This document shows positions 28,955 to 38,906 of a stretch of DNA of 64,000 bases, piece by piece (position 1 is the first letter of the stretch; the number at the start of each line of letters is the position of its first letter). This DNA comes from Pseudomonadota bacterium (GTDB lineage Bacteria; Pseudomonadota; Alphaproteobacteria; G022571365), in NCBI GenBank assembly GCA_022571365.1, contig JACZXZ010000003.1:2301-66300 (forward strand), written 5' to 3'. The notes below the pieces were generated by a model. The model saw only the letters and a list, made by a program, of their open reading frames with translations. It did not search any database and was not told the origin of the DNA. Made by a program: the position numbers and the translations under genes.

Positions 28955-29273
28955 CTAGGCCACTGTGGGCGGCCGATGAGCTGCTTGAGGCCGGCGACCT
29001 GGAAGGTCGGGCGGTGTGGCTCGGGGCGGGGAGGGAGGCGGACGAGCGAGCTCGACCGAACAACCCTCCCTTCAGGCAGGTGCGGATCTGCGAGATGGCG
29101 GTGGGAATGGCGGCGATGCCTCACGCGCGCCTGGGCGCGCAGACTCTACGCGCAGGGTTTACAAGGGCCGGCCAGGCCGGCCAGGCCGACCCAGGATCGA
29201 GTTGGCGCGCGCCCTATCGGGTATTTGGGGAAGGGTCTGGGTGGGGGTGATACACGGACTCTCGCGGGGGGAT

Positions 29274-29915
29274 TTAAGTCTCGTCTTTCTGGTCTCCTTC
29301 GATGGGCGGGCGGTGGACCACGACCTCGTCGATCAGGCCGAACGCCTTGGCTTCTTCCGACGACATGAACTTGTCGCGGTCGACGGCGCCCTCGATCACA
29401 TCCAGCGCCTGGCCGGTGTGCTTGGCATAGATGTCGTTGATCCGGGACCTGAGCGCCAGGATCTCGCGCGCCTGGATCTCGATGTCGGCCGCCGGGCCCT
29501 GGGTGCCGCCCGAGGGTTGATGCATCATGATGCGCGAGTGGGGCAGGGAATAGCGTTTGCCCTTCGCGCCCGCGGCCAGCAGGAGCGAGCCCATGGACGC
29601 GGCCTGGCCGATGCACAGCGTAGACACGTCCGGGTGGATGTACTGAAAGGTGTCGTAGACCGCCAGCCCGGCGGTCACCGTGCCGCCCGGCGAGTTGATG
29701 TAGAATGAGATGTCCTTCTTGGGGTTTTCCGACTCCAGGAACAGAAGCTGGGCGCAGACCAGGCTCGCGACCTCGTCGGTCACCGGGCCGGTCAGGAAGA
29801 TGATGCGTTCCTTCAAGAGCCGGGAAAATATGTCGTAGGCGCGCTCGCCCCGATTGGTTTGCTCGACCACCATCGGGACCAACGTGTTCATGGTGGTCTC
29901 AATAACGTCGGTCAT
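29274..29915 (-). CDS. clpP: ATP-dependent Clp protease proteolytic subunit
   Basis: [29 protein letters not shown] (catalytic Ser) and MMHQPSGG (His). An AAGGAGG RBS lies upstream of the ATG at 29915. Confidence 0.95.
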   Translation of the reverse strand: MTDVIETTMNTLVPMVVEQTNRGERAYDIFSRLLKERIIFLTGPVTDEVASLVCAQLLFLESENPKKDISFYINSPGGTVTAGLAVYDTFQYIHPDVSTLCIGQAASMGSLLLAAGAKGKRYSLPHSRIMMHQPSGGTQGPAADIEIQAREILALRSRINDIYAKHTGQALDVIEGAVDRDKFMSSEEAKAFGLIDEVVVHRPPIEGDQKDET

Positions 29916-29967
29916 GGTCTCTCAATCCTCCTTGCCCCGGCCTTCGCGGGGACAAATCGCCGGGTTT

Positions 29968-31413
29968 TCACTCTTCAAGCTTCGAGATTTTTTTTCTGGG
30001 CTTCGAGGTCTTCTTGGAATGCGGGGTCTCTGGCTTGGGCTTGGAGGGTTTCTTGGCCCGCTTTTTCCCGGTTTGGGGCGCGGCCGGGGGCTGTTCCTCG
30101 GGCTCGCTCACGAGCTCCGCGGCTGAGACTTTGCGCTCCTCGATCTGGGCCATCTCCACGATGAAATCGACCACCTTGTCCTCGAACAGGGGCGCCCGCA
30201 GCCTCTCCATCGCCTCGGGGTTGTTCCGGTGGAATTCGAGAATCTGTCGCTCTTGGCCGGGATGGCGGCGCGCCTCGTCCATCACCGCCCGGTTGAGTTC
30301 CTCCGCGCTGAGCGAAATGTTGTTCTGCCCTCCGACCTCGGACATCAGCAGGCCCAGACGGATGCGACGTTCGGCGATCGAGCGGTATTCGGCCTTGATC
30401 TCGTCCTCGCTCTTGCCGGCGTCGGCCGGGTCGAGCGCGCCTTTATCCATCGCCTCCTTGATCCGGGTCCAGATGAACTCGAATTCCGCATCGACCATGC
30501 CCTGGGGCACGGTGAAGTCGTGGGCCGCCGCGAGTTGGTCGAGCAGCTGGCGCTTCAGCCGCGCCCGCGAGAGCATGCCGTGCTCGCGCTCGATCTGCTC
30601 GCGCATCTTGGCCTTGAGCTCGGCGAGGTTGTCCAGCCCCATGGTCTGGGCCAGGGCGTCGTCGACCGCCACCGGCGCCACCGCGCGCAGTTCCTTGACC
30701 TCGACATCGAAGCTCGCTTCCTTGCCGGCCAGGCGGTCGCTGACGTAGTCCTCGGGAAAGGTGACTTTGACCTGGGTGCGCTCGCCCGGCCGCGCTCCGA
30801 TGAGCTGATCCTCGAAGCCGGCGATGAACATGTCGGACCCGAGCTCCAGATGGAAATCGGTGTTGGTGCCGCCCTCGAACGGCTCGCCGTCGATCTTGCC
30901 GACGAAATCGAGCACCAGGATATCGCCCTTCCGCGCCTTGCGGCTACCCTTGATCGGCTCGGATCTTCTGTGTTGGGCGGCGATGCGCTCCAGCGCTTGC
31001 TCGACCTCGGAGTCCTCGACATCGGCCTGGAGCCGTTCGAGCTTGAGCTTGGAGAAATCCATGGGTTCGATCTCGGGCAGAACCTCGACCGCCATGGTGA
31101 ATTCCAGGTCTTGACCCTCGGAAAAGGGCGTGATTTCGATCTTTGGTCGCGTCGCCGGACGGAGATTGCGCTCGCTCATTGTCCGGGTGGTGCTGTCGGC
31201 GACCGTCTGCTCGATAATCTCGTCCATCACCGGCTGGCCGTACCGCTTTTTGAGCAGCGATAACGGGATCTTGCCCGGCCGGAAGCCCGGGATTCGGACG
31301 CTCTGTGCCAGCTCGTGGAGACGGTGCTCCACCTTCTGTTCGATGTCGGCGGCGGGGATCACGACCTTGAAATCGTGTTTCAAGCCGTCGGCGTTGGTTT
31401 CAACTACCTGCAT
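29968..31413 (-). CDS. tig: trigger factor
   Basis: MQVVETNADGLKHDFKVVIPAADIE...IPGFRPGKIP (ribosome-binding signature GFRxGxxP). It sits immediately upstream of clpP. The acidic/basic C-terminal tail is longer than usual. Confidence 0.95.
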   Translation of the reverse strand: MQVVETNADGLKHDFKVVIPAADIEQKVEHRLHELAQSVRIPGFRPGKIPLSLLKKRYGQPVMDEIIEQTVADSTTRTMSERNLRPATRPKIEITPFSEGQDLEFTMAVEVLPEIEPMDFSKLKLERLQADVEDSEVEQALERIAAQHRRSEPIKGSRKARKGDILVLDFVGKIDGEPFEGGTNTDFHLELGSDMFIAGFEDQLIGARPGERTQVKVTFPEDYVSDRLAGKEASFDVEVKELRAVAPVAVDDALAQTMGLDNLAELKAKMREQIEREHGMLSRARLKRQLLDQLAAAHDFTVPQGMVDAEFEFIWTRIKEAMDKGALDPADAGKSEDEIKAEYRSIAERRIRLGLLMSEVGGQNNISLSAEELNRAVMDEARRHPGQERQILEFHRNNPEAMERLRAPLFEDKVVDFIVEMAQIEERKVSAAELVSEPEEQPPAAPQTGKKRAKKPSKPKPETPHSKKTSKPRKKISKLEE

Positions 31414-31477
31414 GGGAATCCCTGGATGGAAACGGTGCCGTCGCCGGCCACCGATGCCTTCATCGCCGTCCTCTCAA

Positions 31478-31563
31478 TGGTGCGGGCGGGGGGATTTGAA
31501 CCCCCACGACTTTTAGTCACTGGGTCCTAAACCCAGCGCGTCTACCAGTTCCGCCACGCCCGC
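31478..31563 (-). tRNA. tRNA-Leu (anticodon UAG)
   Basis: Reverse complement: GCGGGCGTGGCGGAACTGGTAGACGCGCTGGGTTTAGGACCCAGTGACTAAAAGTCGTGGGGGTTCAAATCCCCCCGCCCGCACCA. The acceptor stem is GCGGGCG/CGCCCGC and the anticodon loop is TTTAGGA. It has a long variable arm (class II) and an encoded CCA. Confidence 0.9.
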
Positions 31564-32018
31564 GTGGCTGTCCCGCGGCAAGCTGCGCCTTCGGTCGCGC
31601 TAGGCTGCGGCGCATGTCTATATCATACCAGGTCGCCGGCGCAACAGAGGGCGGAGGAGGGGCGGGTCATACGCGGCGCCGGCAACCCTCGGGCCTCTGT
31701 CCCTCCTGACAGTCCCCGGCGGCTTCGCCCTAGCCCTTCGCCAGCTTTTTGATCGCCGGTGACGCGGCGATTCTACCCTCGCCGCCGCGCCCCTCCAGGC
31801 AGGCCCGCATCTGGGCGCGCAGGCGCTCGGCGTCGGCGGCGGGGCAGGTTCGGGCGCGGCACGCCCGAGACCACGATGTCGCGCCAGGCGCTGCGCAGGC
31901 TTTCGATCATGCGGTCGAGGAAGCTGCCGCCGGGTCGATCGTTCATGGCCTATAGGTAGGATGACCGCCGCTTGCGGGAAGGCTTGGGAGGATCGTTTCC
32001 GGAGCGGCGGCCCGGGAC

Positions 32019-33746
32019 TCAGGCGGATGATGCCAGGACTTTGAGTTGGCGCAGGACCGCCGGCACTGCGTCGGGAAGATCCTCCGCGATCAGGCCGGGG
32101 CCGCGTTCCTCCGCAGCCGCCCCGTGCAGCCAGGCGGCGGCGCAGGCGGCGTCGAACGGCGTCATGCCCTGGGCCATGAGGCCGAGCGCCAGGCCGGCGA
32201 GCACGTCGCCGGCACCGGCCGTCGCCAGGTCGGCGGGCGCGTTGGCGTTGATGGTTGCCCGGCCGTCGGGGGCGGCAACCACCGTATCCGCGCCCTTGAG
32301 CAGCACCACCGCGCCGCTGTCGCGCGCCGCGGCGCGCGCCCGGTTGACCTTGTCCTCACCCGTCGCGGAGGGGAACAGCCGCCGGAACTCACCCTCGTGG
32401 GGCGTCATGAGGCACGGCCCCTCGATCGCCGAGAACAACGCCTCGGGCGCGCCTTGGAACACGGTGAGGGCGTCGGCGTCGAGCACCGTGGCCTTGCCCG
32501 CCGCCAGCGCCGCCAGCGCCGCGGCCCGGGTGGACTCGTCGACACCGCTGCCCGGTCCGATGAGGACTGCGTTCCTGCGCGGGTCGTCCAGGAGCGCGGC
32601 GAAGGCGTCCGGGTCGGGGACCGGCGCGGTCAGCACCCCGGGCATGTAGGCGGCGTAAATCGGGACGGCCTCGGGCGGACTGGCGACGGTCACCATGCCG
32701 GCGCCGATCCGAAGCGCGGCCCGGGCCGCCAGCCGCGCCGCGCCGGTCATCTTCGCACCCCCCAGGATCACCGCATGGCCGCGGCTGTATTTGTGATCGG
32801 CCAGCTTCGGCCACGCATAGCGCTCGAGCCACAGCGCCGGCCTGTTTTCGTTGAGCCGGGGCGCGATCCGGTCGAGGACCTCATCACGGATGCCGATATC
32901 CGCGACCACCACCTCGCCGGCGAGCATGCGGCCGGGCAGCAGCAGGTGGCCCGGCTTCTTGCGGAAGAAGGTCACCGTCAACGCCGCCCTGGGCGCCGCG
33001 CCCAGGACCTGGCCGGTGTCGCCGTGGACGCCGCTCGGCACATCGACCGCGACACAGTCCAGCCCGCGCCGGTCGATGGCCTCGACCGTGGTTCGGGGCA
33101 CGCCCTCAAGCGGGCGCGCCAACCCGGCCCCAAACAACGCGTCCACCACCAGGGCCGAGTCGTCCAGGACCCGTGGCCCGAGGGCCGCAACCGGGCCGTC
33201 CCAACGCGCCGCGTTGATCGCGGCGTCGCCTTTCAGTTTCCCGCGCGAGCCGAGCAGGGCGACCTGGACCGGCCAGCCTTGGGCGCGAAGCAGGCGGGCG
33301 ACCACGAAGCCGTCGCCGCCGTTGTTGCCTGGACCGCACAGCACCGCGACGGGGCGCGGCCGCCAGCGCCGTCGGATCTCCCGGGCCACGGCGGCGCCGG
33401 CGTTTTCCATCAAGATTTCGCCGGGCGTCCCGGCGGCGATGGTCGCGGCGTCGGCTTGCGCCATTTCGGCCACGGTGAGGAGGACGGTGAGGAGGACGGT
33501 GTCTTTCGGCGTGGGGTGCCCGGTCATGGCCTGCCCGGAGGAGGGCGGGTCCTCGGCCGGATACAGGTCGGGCCTGAGTTCGTGCCGGGTCACCGCGCCG
33601 TCCGTCGCCCGCTCGATCTGGATCACCCGCTCGGCGGGCACCTGATTCCACTGATAAACCGCTTGCGGACGGATGCCCAGGATTCGCGCCAGGTTCGCGG
33701 CGCTCCCCAGGCATGAAATCGCCCGCGCCAGGGGGTCGCTTCTCAT
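32019..33746 (-). CDS. nnr: bifunctional NAD(P)H-hydrate repair enzyme Nnr (epimerase/dehydratase) with an in-frame N-terminal Cro/YdaS-like HTH extension
   Basis: YjeF_N motifs are AEMAQADAATIAAG and VAVLCGPGNNGGDGFVVARLL. The C-terminal carbohydrate-kinase part has KYSRGHAVILGG, GPGSG, TPHEGEF and GAGDVLAG. Residues 1-65, LARAISCLGSAANLARILGIRPQAVYQWNQVPAERVIQIERATDGAVTRHELRPDLYP, look like a Cro/YdaS HTH. A canonical-length Nnr (502 aa) would start at the ATG at 33527. Confidence 0.85.
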   Translation of the reverse strand: MRSDPLARAISCLGSAANLARILGIRPQAVYQWNQVPAERVIQIERATDGAVTRHELRPDLYPAEDPPSSGQAMTGHPTPKDTVLLTVLLTVAEMAQADAATIAAGTPGEILMENAGAAVAREIRRRWRPRPVAVLCGPGNNGGDGFVVARLLRAQGWPVQVALLGSRGKLKGDAAINAARWDGPVAALGPRVLDDSALVVDALFGAGLARPLEGVPRTTVEAIDRRGLDCVAVDVPSGVHGDTGQVLGAAPRAALTVTFFRKKPGHLLLPGRMLAGEVVVADIGIRDEVLDRIAPRLNENRPALWLERYAWPKLADHKYSRGHAVILGGAKMTGAARLAARAALRIGAGMVTVASPPEAVPIYAAYMPGVLTAPVPDPDAFAALLDDPRRNAVLIGPGSGVDESTRAAALAALAAGKATVLDADALTVFQGAPEALFSAIEGPCLMTPHEGEFRRLFPSATGEDKVNRARAAARDSGAVVLLKGADTVVAAPDGRATINANAPADLATAGAGDVLAGLALGLMAQGMTPFDAACAAAWLHGAAAEERGPGLIAEDLPDAVPAVLRQLKVLASSA

Positions 33747-33760
33747 GGCGTCGAAGTCGT

Positions 33761-33827
33761 AAGTTATGCTTACATATATGTCAAGTTATGCTTACTAAAC
33801 AATTCCACAAGCGTGTCTTGTGGAATT
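33761..33827. promoter_or_regulatory. operator-like repeats in an A/T-rich divergent promoter region
   Basis: The direct repeat AAGTTATGCTTAC occurs at 33761-33773 and 33783-33795 (22-bp period). A perfect 11-bp inverted repeat, AATTCCACAAG-CGTGT-CTTGTGGAATT, lies at 33801-33827. Confidence 0.45.
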
Positions 33828-34210
33828 CGGACATGGGTATTCCTCGGGGGATTTCGACGGTTCGTGAAACGGCCGGGGTGATCCGGGCCGCGCGGCGGCG
33901 GGTGGACCAGCTTGGGGCGGAGCGCCGCTGCGGCGCGGCGCTCCCCCGCGGCGGCCTGCGCGGTTCCAGGGCGCGCCGGCACCGGCGGGGTGGGTTCTGC
34001 GCGATTCCGGCGTGGGCCGTTGCAATGCCGGGAGATCAAAGATATGTCTTGAAGACGCGAGGCTACGCAGGGGTCGGGGGACAGCGATGATACAACTTTA
34101 TGGCCGGAACATGAGACCTGGCGCCCGTCAAGCACGGGCTCCATCCGCGCCGGCGCATCGCGTCGAGCGGAGGCAAGCGCGTCGGCGGGCGCGGGCCGAG
34201 GGGGGACAGC

Positions 34211-36658
34211 ATGGCCGATAAATTTCCCAGCCAAGCGCAGGTGGTGATCGTGGGCGGCGGCATCGTCGGCTGCAGCGTCGCCTATCATCTGACCAAGCTG
34301 GGTTGGACCGACGTGGTGCTGCTCGAGCGCGGCACGCTCACCTGCGGCACCACCTGGCACGCCGCGGGTCTCGTCGGCCAGGTCCGGGCCACCTATAACC
34401 TCACCCAGCTTGCGCGCTACGGCACCGAGCTTTACGCCAAGCTCGAGGAGGAGACCGGCCAGGCCACCGGCTTCAAGCAGAACGGCAGCGTCGCCGTCGC
34501 CCGTACCGAGCAGCGGATGGTGGAGCTCAAGCGCGGCCTTTCCATGGGGCGCTGCTTCGGCGTCGAGGTCCAGCTCATCAGCCTTAAGGAGGCGGGCGAG
34601 CTGTGGCCGCTCATGCGCACCGACGACTTGGTCGGCGCCATATTTGTTCCCAAGGACGGCCAGACCAACCCGACCGACACCACCATGGCGCTCGCCAAGG
34701 GCGCCCGCCAGGGCGGGGCGCGCATCATCGAACATGTCAAGGTGACCGGGATTCACCGGCGCAACGGCACGGTCACCGGCGTGGCTACCGAGCGGGGCGA
34801 TATCGCCGCCGAGGTGGTGGTCAACTGCGGCGGCATGTGGGGCCGCGAGATCGGCCGCATGGCCGGGGTTACGGTCCCCTTGTACGGCGCCGAGCACATG
34901 CACATCGTGACCACCCCGATCGAGGGGGTCACGCCCGAGCTGCCCACGCTCAGGGACTATGACGGCCGTGTCTACTTCAGGGAGGACGCCGGCAAGATCA
35001 TGATGGGCGGCTTCGAGCCGGTGGCCAAGCCGAGGGATGTCGACAGCGTTCCGGACGACTACGAGTTCGGCGAGCTCGACGAGGACTGGGACCATTTCCA
35101 GATCCTCATGGAAGCCGGCCTCGAGCGCGTCCCGGTGCTGGAGAGCGCGCAGATCCGTGACTTCCTGACCGGGATCGAGAGCTTCACCCCCGACAACCGC
35201 TACATGCTGGGCGAGGCGCCGGAGCTCAGGAACTTCTTCGTCGCCGCCGGCTTCAACTCGATCGGCATCGCCTCGGCCGCGGGAGCCGGAAAGGCGGTCG
35301 CCGAATGGATCGTCGAGGGCGAGCCGACCATGGACCTGTGGGACGTCGACATCCGGCGGTGCTTCAAGTTCCAGGGCAATCCCCGCTACCTTCGTGATCG
35401 CACCGTCGAGATCCTGGGCCTGCTCTACGACATGCACTGGCCGTTCCGGCAGCCCGAATCGGCGCGGCTGGTGCGCTGCTCGCCGCTGCACGACCGCCTC
35501 AAGGCCCGGGGCGCGTGCTTCGGCGTCGTCGCCGGCTGGGAGCGGCCCAACTGGTACGCGCCGGAAGGGGTGGAGCCGAAATACGAGTATTCCTACGGCC
35601 GCCAGAACTGGTTCCCTTATTGGGCCGAGGAGCACATGGCGGTGCGCGAGGCGGTCGGCCTGTTCGACCAGACCTCGTTCGCCAAGATCCTGCTCCAGGG
35701 CCCAGACGCCGAGGCGGTGATGCAGCGGATTTGCGCCAATGACGTCGCCGTGCCGCCGGGCAAGGTGGTCTACACCGCCATGCTCAACAACAGGGGCGGC
35801 ATCGAGTGCGACCTGACGGTCACCCGCTTGCGCGAGGATTGTTACTGGATCGTGACCTCGGCGGCGACGATGGTCCACGACTTCGACTGGATCAAGCGCA
35901 ACATCGCCGAGGACGCGCGCGTGACCCTCGCCGACGTGACCTCGGCCCACGCCGTGATCGGCCTGATGGGTCCGCGCTCGCGCGAGCTGCTGTCGCGCGT
36001 CACCGGCGCCGACCTGTCGAACGAGGCCTTTCCCTTCGCCACCGCGCAGGAGATCAACGTTGGGCACGCACTGGTGCGGGCGGTGCGCATCAGCTACGTG
36101 GGAGAGCTCGGCTGGGAGATCTACATCCCGAGCGAGTTCGCCACCAGCGTCTACGATGCCATCGTCGCCGAGGGGGCGGCGTTCGGACTGCGCCACGCGG
36201 GGTATCACGCCATGGACTCGCTGCGCAGCGAGAAAGGTTACCGCTCCTGGGGCCACGACATCAGTTGCGAGGACACGCCGCTCGAAGCGGGCCTCGCTTT
36301 CGCCGTCGCCTTCGAGAAAAACGCGCCGTTCATCGGACGCGATGCCTTGCTCCAACAGCGCGAACGGCCGCTTGCGAAGCGGCTCGTGCTGTTCACGGTC
36401 GACGATGCCGAGGCGCTGCTCTATCACGACGAGCCGATCTGGCGCGACGGCGCGCTGGTCGGTCGCATCACCTCCGGCTCATACGGCCACACGCTCGGCC
36501 ATGCCGTCGGCATGGGCTACGTCTGTCATCCAGAGGGCGTCGACAAGGCTTTCATCGAGGGAGGGCGCTTCGAGGTCGAGATCGCCGCCGAGCGCGTGCC
36601 GGCGACGGCCCATCTGAGGCCGCCCTACGACCCCAAGTCGAAGCGGGTCAGGGCGTAG
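34211..36658 (+). CDS. FAD-dependent dimethylglycine/sarcosine dehydrogenase-type oxidoreductase with GcvT-like folate-binding C-terminal domain
   Basis: VVIVGGGIVGCSVAYHL (FAD dinucleotide fold) and CGTTWHAAGL. The C-terminal aminomethyltransferase-like region has FDQTSFAKILLQGPDA and ISYVGELGWEIYIP. 815 aa. Confidence 0.85.
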   Translation: MADKFPSQAQVVIVGGGIVGCSVAYHLTKLGWTDVVLLERGTLTCGTTWHAAGLVGQVRATYNLTQLARYGTELYAKLEEETGQATGFKQNGSVAVARTEQRMVELKRGLSMGRCFGVEVQLISLKEAGELWPLMRTDDLVGAIFVPKDGQTNPTDTTMALAKGARQGGARIIEHVKVTGIHRRNGTVTGVATERGDIAAEVVVNCGGMWGREIGRMAGVTVPLYGAEHMHIVTTPIEGVTPELPTLRDYDGRVYFREDAGKIMMGGFEPVAKPRDVDSVPDDYEFGELDEDWDHFQILMEAGLERVPVLESAQIRDFLTGIESFTPDNRYMLGEAPELRNFFVAAGFNSIGIASAAGAGKAVAEWIVEGEPTMDLWDVDIRRCFKFQGNPRYLRDRTVEILGLLYDMHWPFRQPESARLVRCSPLHDRLKARGACFGVVAGWERPNWYAPEGVEPKYEYSYGRQNWFPYWAEEHMAVREAVGLFDQTSFAKILLQGPDAEAVMQRICANDVAVPPGKVVYTAMLNNRGGIECDLTVTRLREDCYWIVTSAATMVHDFDWIKRNIAEDARVTLADVTSAHAVIGLMGPRSRELLSRVTGADLSNEAFPFATAQEINVGHALVRAVRISYVGELGWEIYIPSEFATSVYDAIVAEGAAFGLRHAGYHAMDSLRSEKGYRSWGHDISCEDTPLEAGLAFAVAFEKNAPFIGRDALLQQRERPLAKRLVLFTVDDAEALLYHDEPIWRDGALVGRITSGSYGHTLGHAVGMGYVCHPEGVDKAFIEGGRFEVEIAAERVPATAHLRPPYDPKSKRVRA

Positions 36659-36696
36659 GCGTTGGCGTCTGGCCCCGGAGCGGGACGGTTCTGGAG

Positions 36697-37191
36697 ATGG
36701 CGAATCGACCTCGTTGGGCCGCGATCTGGCTGGTGCTCCTCGCCGCCGGCTGCACCAGCAGCGATCCCTCCGCGCCGTTATGCCAGCTCGGCGTGACGCC
36801 CTCCGAGACCACGCTCATATCCTATCGCGACGAGGCCGGGTCCGTTATCCGGGGCGACATCGACGCCGCGGCATACCGAGAGGAGGTCGCCGGCAGCATC
36901 GCCTCGGCGATCGCCAAACCGAATCGGGAAGTCTATGTGGCGGAACGCCGCAAGGACTGTTTCGACCAGGCCGGCGGCTATTACTATCCCTGTTACGAGC
37001 GAATCGAAATCGACTTGCGCGAGGTGACCGGCATCGGGCGTTCGGCCAATCTGAACGACGCCCAGGAGCTGGCTGTCGCCAACTGCGAATGGGTTGCGAG
37101 AACGCTGGCGCGCAATGCCGCGGAGGTACGCGGCCTGGTGTTCGCCCTGCAATGTCGCGTCGTGAGCCGCGGCCGTTGTTCGCTGGACTGA
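36697..37191 (+). CDS. hypothetical lipoprotein
   Basis: The ATG at 36697 gives MANRPRWAAIWLVLLAAGC (lipobox). Only the last 495 nt of track ORF 35806..37191 are outside the dehydrogenase gene. Confidence 0.55.
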   Translation: MANRPRWAAIWLVLLAAGCTSSDPSAPLCQLGVTPSETTLISYRDEAGSVIRGDIDAAAYREEVAGSIASAIAKPNREVYVAERRKDCFDQAGGYYYPCYERIEIDLREVTGIGRSANLNDAQELAVANCEWVARTLARNAAEVRGLVFALQCRVVSRGRCSLD

Positions 37192-37395
37192 GTCCGGCCA
37201 GGCCGCCCCAGCCGGCTTCCTCGGTCGTGGAGCCGCATCGCGGAGGGAAAGGGCTCGTCCGCACACCGCCGATTTGTGCGCCCGCCCCTGGAATGCGGCC
37301 GCGGTGGCCAGGTTCCTCTCCAGCCGGTCCGCGCAGGCGGCGGCGGACTAGGACCTGCTTCGAAACATGACGCGAGGCATTTGGGAAAATAGGCC

Positions 37396-37707
37396 CTAAG
37401 GCTTCGCGATCTGGATATCGTCGCCCTCGAGCCGCAGCTCGTAGGTGGGGACAGGATCGTCGCCCGGCCCTTCCAGGGACTCTCCGGTCTTGATATCGAA
37501 GATGGTCGCGTGCCAGGGACAGGTGACGGTATTACCTTCCAGGTCACCCTCGACAAGGGGGCCGCCCACATGGGTGCAGGTGTTGCCGAACGCGAAGAAG
37601 GTGCCGTCGACGTTGGCGATCACCACGGCGTCATCCCCGAGATCGACCAGCTTCATGGTGCCGGGAGCGATCTCCGAAGCCTTGGCCACGGTTTGGAAGT
37701 CAGCCAT
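37396..37707 (-). CDS. Rieske [2Fe-2S] domain ferredoxin (NirD-like size)
   Basis: CTHVGGPL ... CPWHATIF, that is CxH-x17-CxxH. 103 aa with a GGAGG RBS. Confidence 0.85.
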   Translation of the reverse strand: MADFQTVAKASEIAPGTMKLVDLGDDAVVIANVDGTFFAFGNTCTHVGGPLVEGDLEGNTVTCPWHATIFDIKTGESLEGPGDDPVPTYELRLEGDDIQIAKP

Positions 37708-38078
37708 CTTGAATCCTCCGTAGTTTAGCGTAAGTTTAGCGCAATCCTCTGCAACTCAGGGCCCCGCGTCCTCGCAAAAGGCGCGGCCCAACCATGCCGG
37801 CACCCCCCCACCAAGGCGTTATCCGGAACGGATGGATTAACGACCTGCGAATTGCAGGCTATCCCTTGTGAGGGTTGCTGGCCTGGCAACTTTGTTTGGA
37901 ACTCTGCATTGTCAAGTTCCTGTGTTCGATGGGGCGCGGAGGCCGGCTCCGGGCGGGCGAGGTGGCCGTGCCGCGGACGACAATCCCCGTCGGTGCGAAA
38001 GCGGATCGGTCGGCTCGGGCCGCATCCGCCGCCGGGGTCGCCGGGTGCCACGACCCGGCTCGCGGCCCGGAGCCGTCC

Positions 38079-38906
38079 TCAGCGGCCCGGACCGGCCGTC
38101 TCGTGGGTCTCGCGGGTTAAATAATACGCCATAAGTATGGGGATGAAGGTGACGGCGATGACGAACACCGCCACCACATTCGTCACCGGCCGCTGGCGTG
38201 GACGGACCAGCTCGGTCAGCATCCAGATCGGCAGCGTGGACTGCTGACCGGCGGTCAAGGTGGTGACGATCACCTCGTCGAAGGAGAGCGCGAACGCGAG
38301 CATCCCGCCGGCCAGGAGCGCGGTGGCGATATTCGGCAGGACAACGTAGCGGAAGGTCTGGAAGCCGTTGGCCCCAAGGTCCATCGACGCCTCGATCTGC
38401 GAGTAGGCGGTGCGGCGGAAGCGGGCGATGACGTTGTTGTAAACCACCACGACGCAGAAGGTCGCGTGGCCGATGACGATGGTCCAGAAGCTGAACGGAA
38501 TGTTTGCCAAATGGAAGGCCGAACGCAACGAGATCCCCGTGATGATGCCGGGCAGCGCTATCGGCAGGATGATCAGGAGCGAGAGCGCCTCCCGTCCGAA
38601 GAAGCGGCTGCGGTAAATCGCCGCCGCGGCCAGGGTGCCAAGGATCAACGCGATCAGGGTGGCCATCGTCGCCACCCTGAGCGACAGCCCGAGCGACTCC
38701 CAGATATCCTCGCGCTCCCAGGCGACCGCGAACCATTTGAGCGTCAGCCCGGGCGGCGGGAAGCGGAAGCTTTTGTCATCGGTGTTGAAGGCGTAGAGGA
38801 TGATGAAGCCGAGCGGCACGTGCAGGAACAGCAGCCCGGCGATCGCCGCCAGCTTGAGGCCGAGCGGGGCCCGTGGCTCGAGCCTTTCCTTCCGCCTAAA
38901 ACGCAT
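38079..38906 (-). CDS. ABC transporter permease (PotC/PotI-like)
   Basis: Six hydrophobic helices and an EAA-like loop (...[23 protein letters not shown]). It overlaps the upstream permease by 11 nt. Confidence 0.85.
   Translation of the reverse strand: MRFRRKERLEPRAPLGLKLAAIAGLLFLHVPLGFIILYAFNTDDKSFRFPPPGLTLKWFAVAWEREDIWESLGLSLRVATMATLIALILGTLAAAAIYRSRFFGREALSLLIILPIALPGIITGISLRSAFHLANIPFSFWTIVIGHATFCVVVVYNNVIARFRRTAYSQIEASMDLGANGFQTFRYVVLPNIATALLAGGMLAFALSFDEVIVTTLTAGQQSTLPIWMLTELVRPRQRPVTNVVAVFVIAVTFIPILMAYYLTRETHETAGPGR

Noticed and set aside
31730-31946. Minus-strand stretch starting MNDRPGGSFLDRMIESLRSAWRDI and, after a frame shift, ...DAERLRAQMRACLEGRGGEG...IKKLAKG*. I suspected a frameshifted N-terminal remnant of malonyl-CoA decarboxylase
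   Set aside because: The resemblance rests only on my recollection of MCD N-termini. The stretch is about 70 codons in two frames in GC-rich DNA. It cannot be supported without a BLASTX search, so I did not report it as a feature.
33770-36427. 885-aa minus-strand ORF, one of the longest in the track
   Set aside because: It is exactly antisense to the dimethylglycine/sarcosine-dehydrogenase-type gene, whose FAD and GcvT motifs are unmistakable. Its translation is Ala/Arg/Gly/Asp/His-rich with no motif. This is a typical high-GC antisense shadow ORF.
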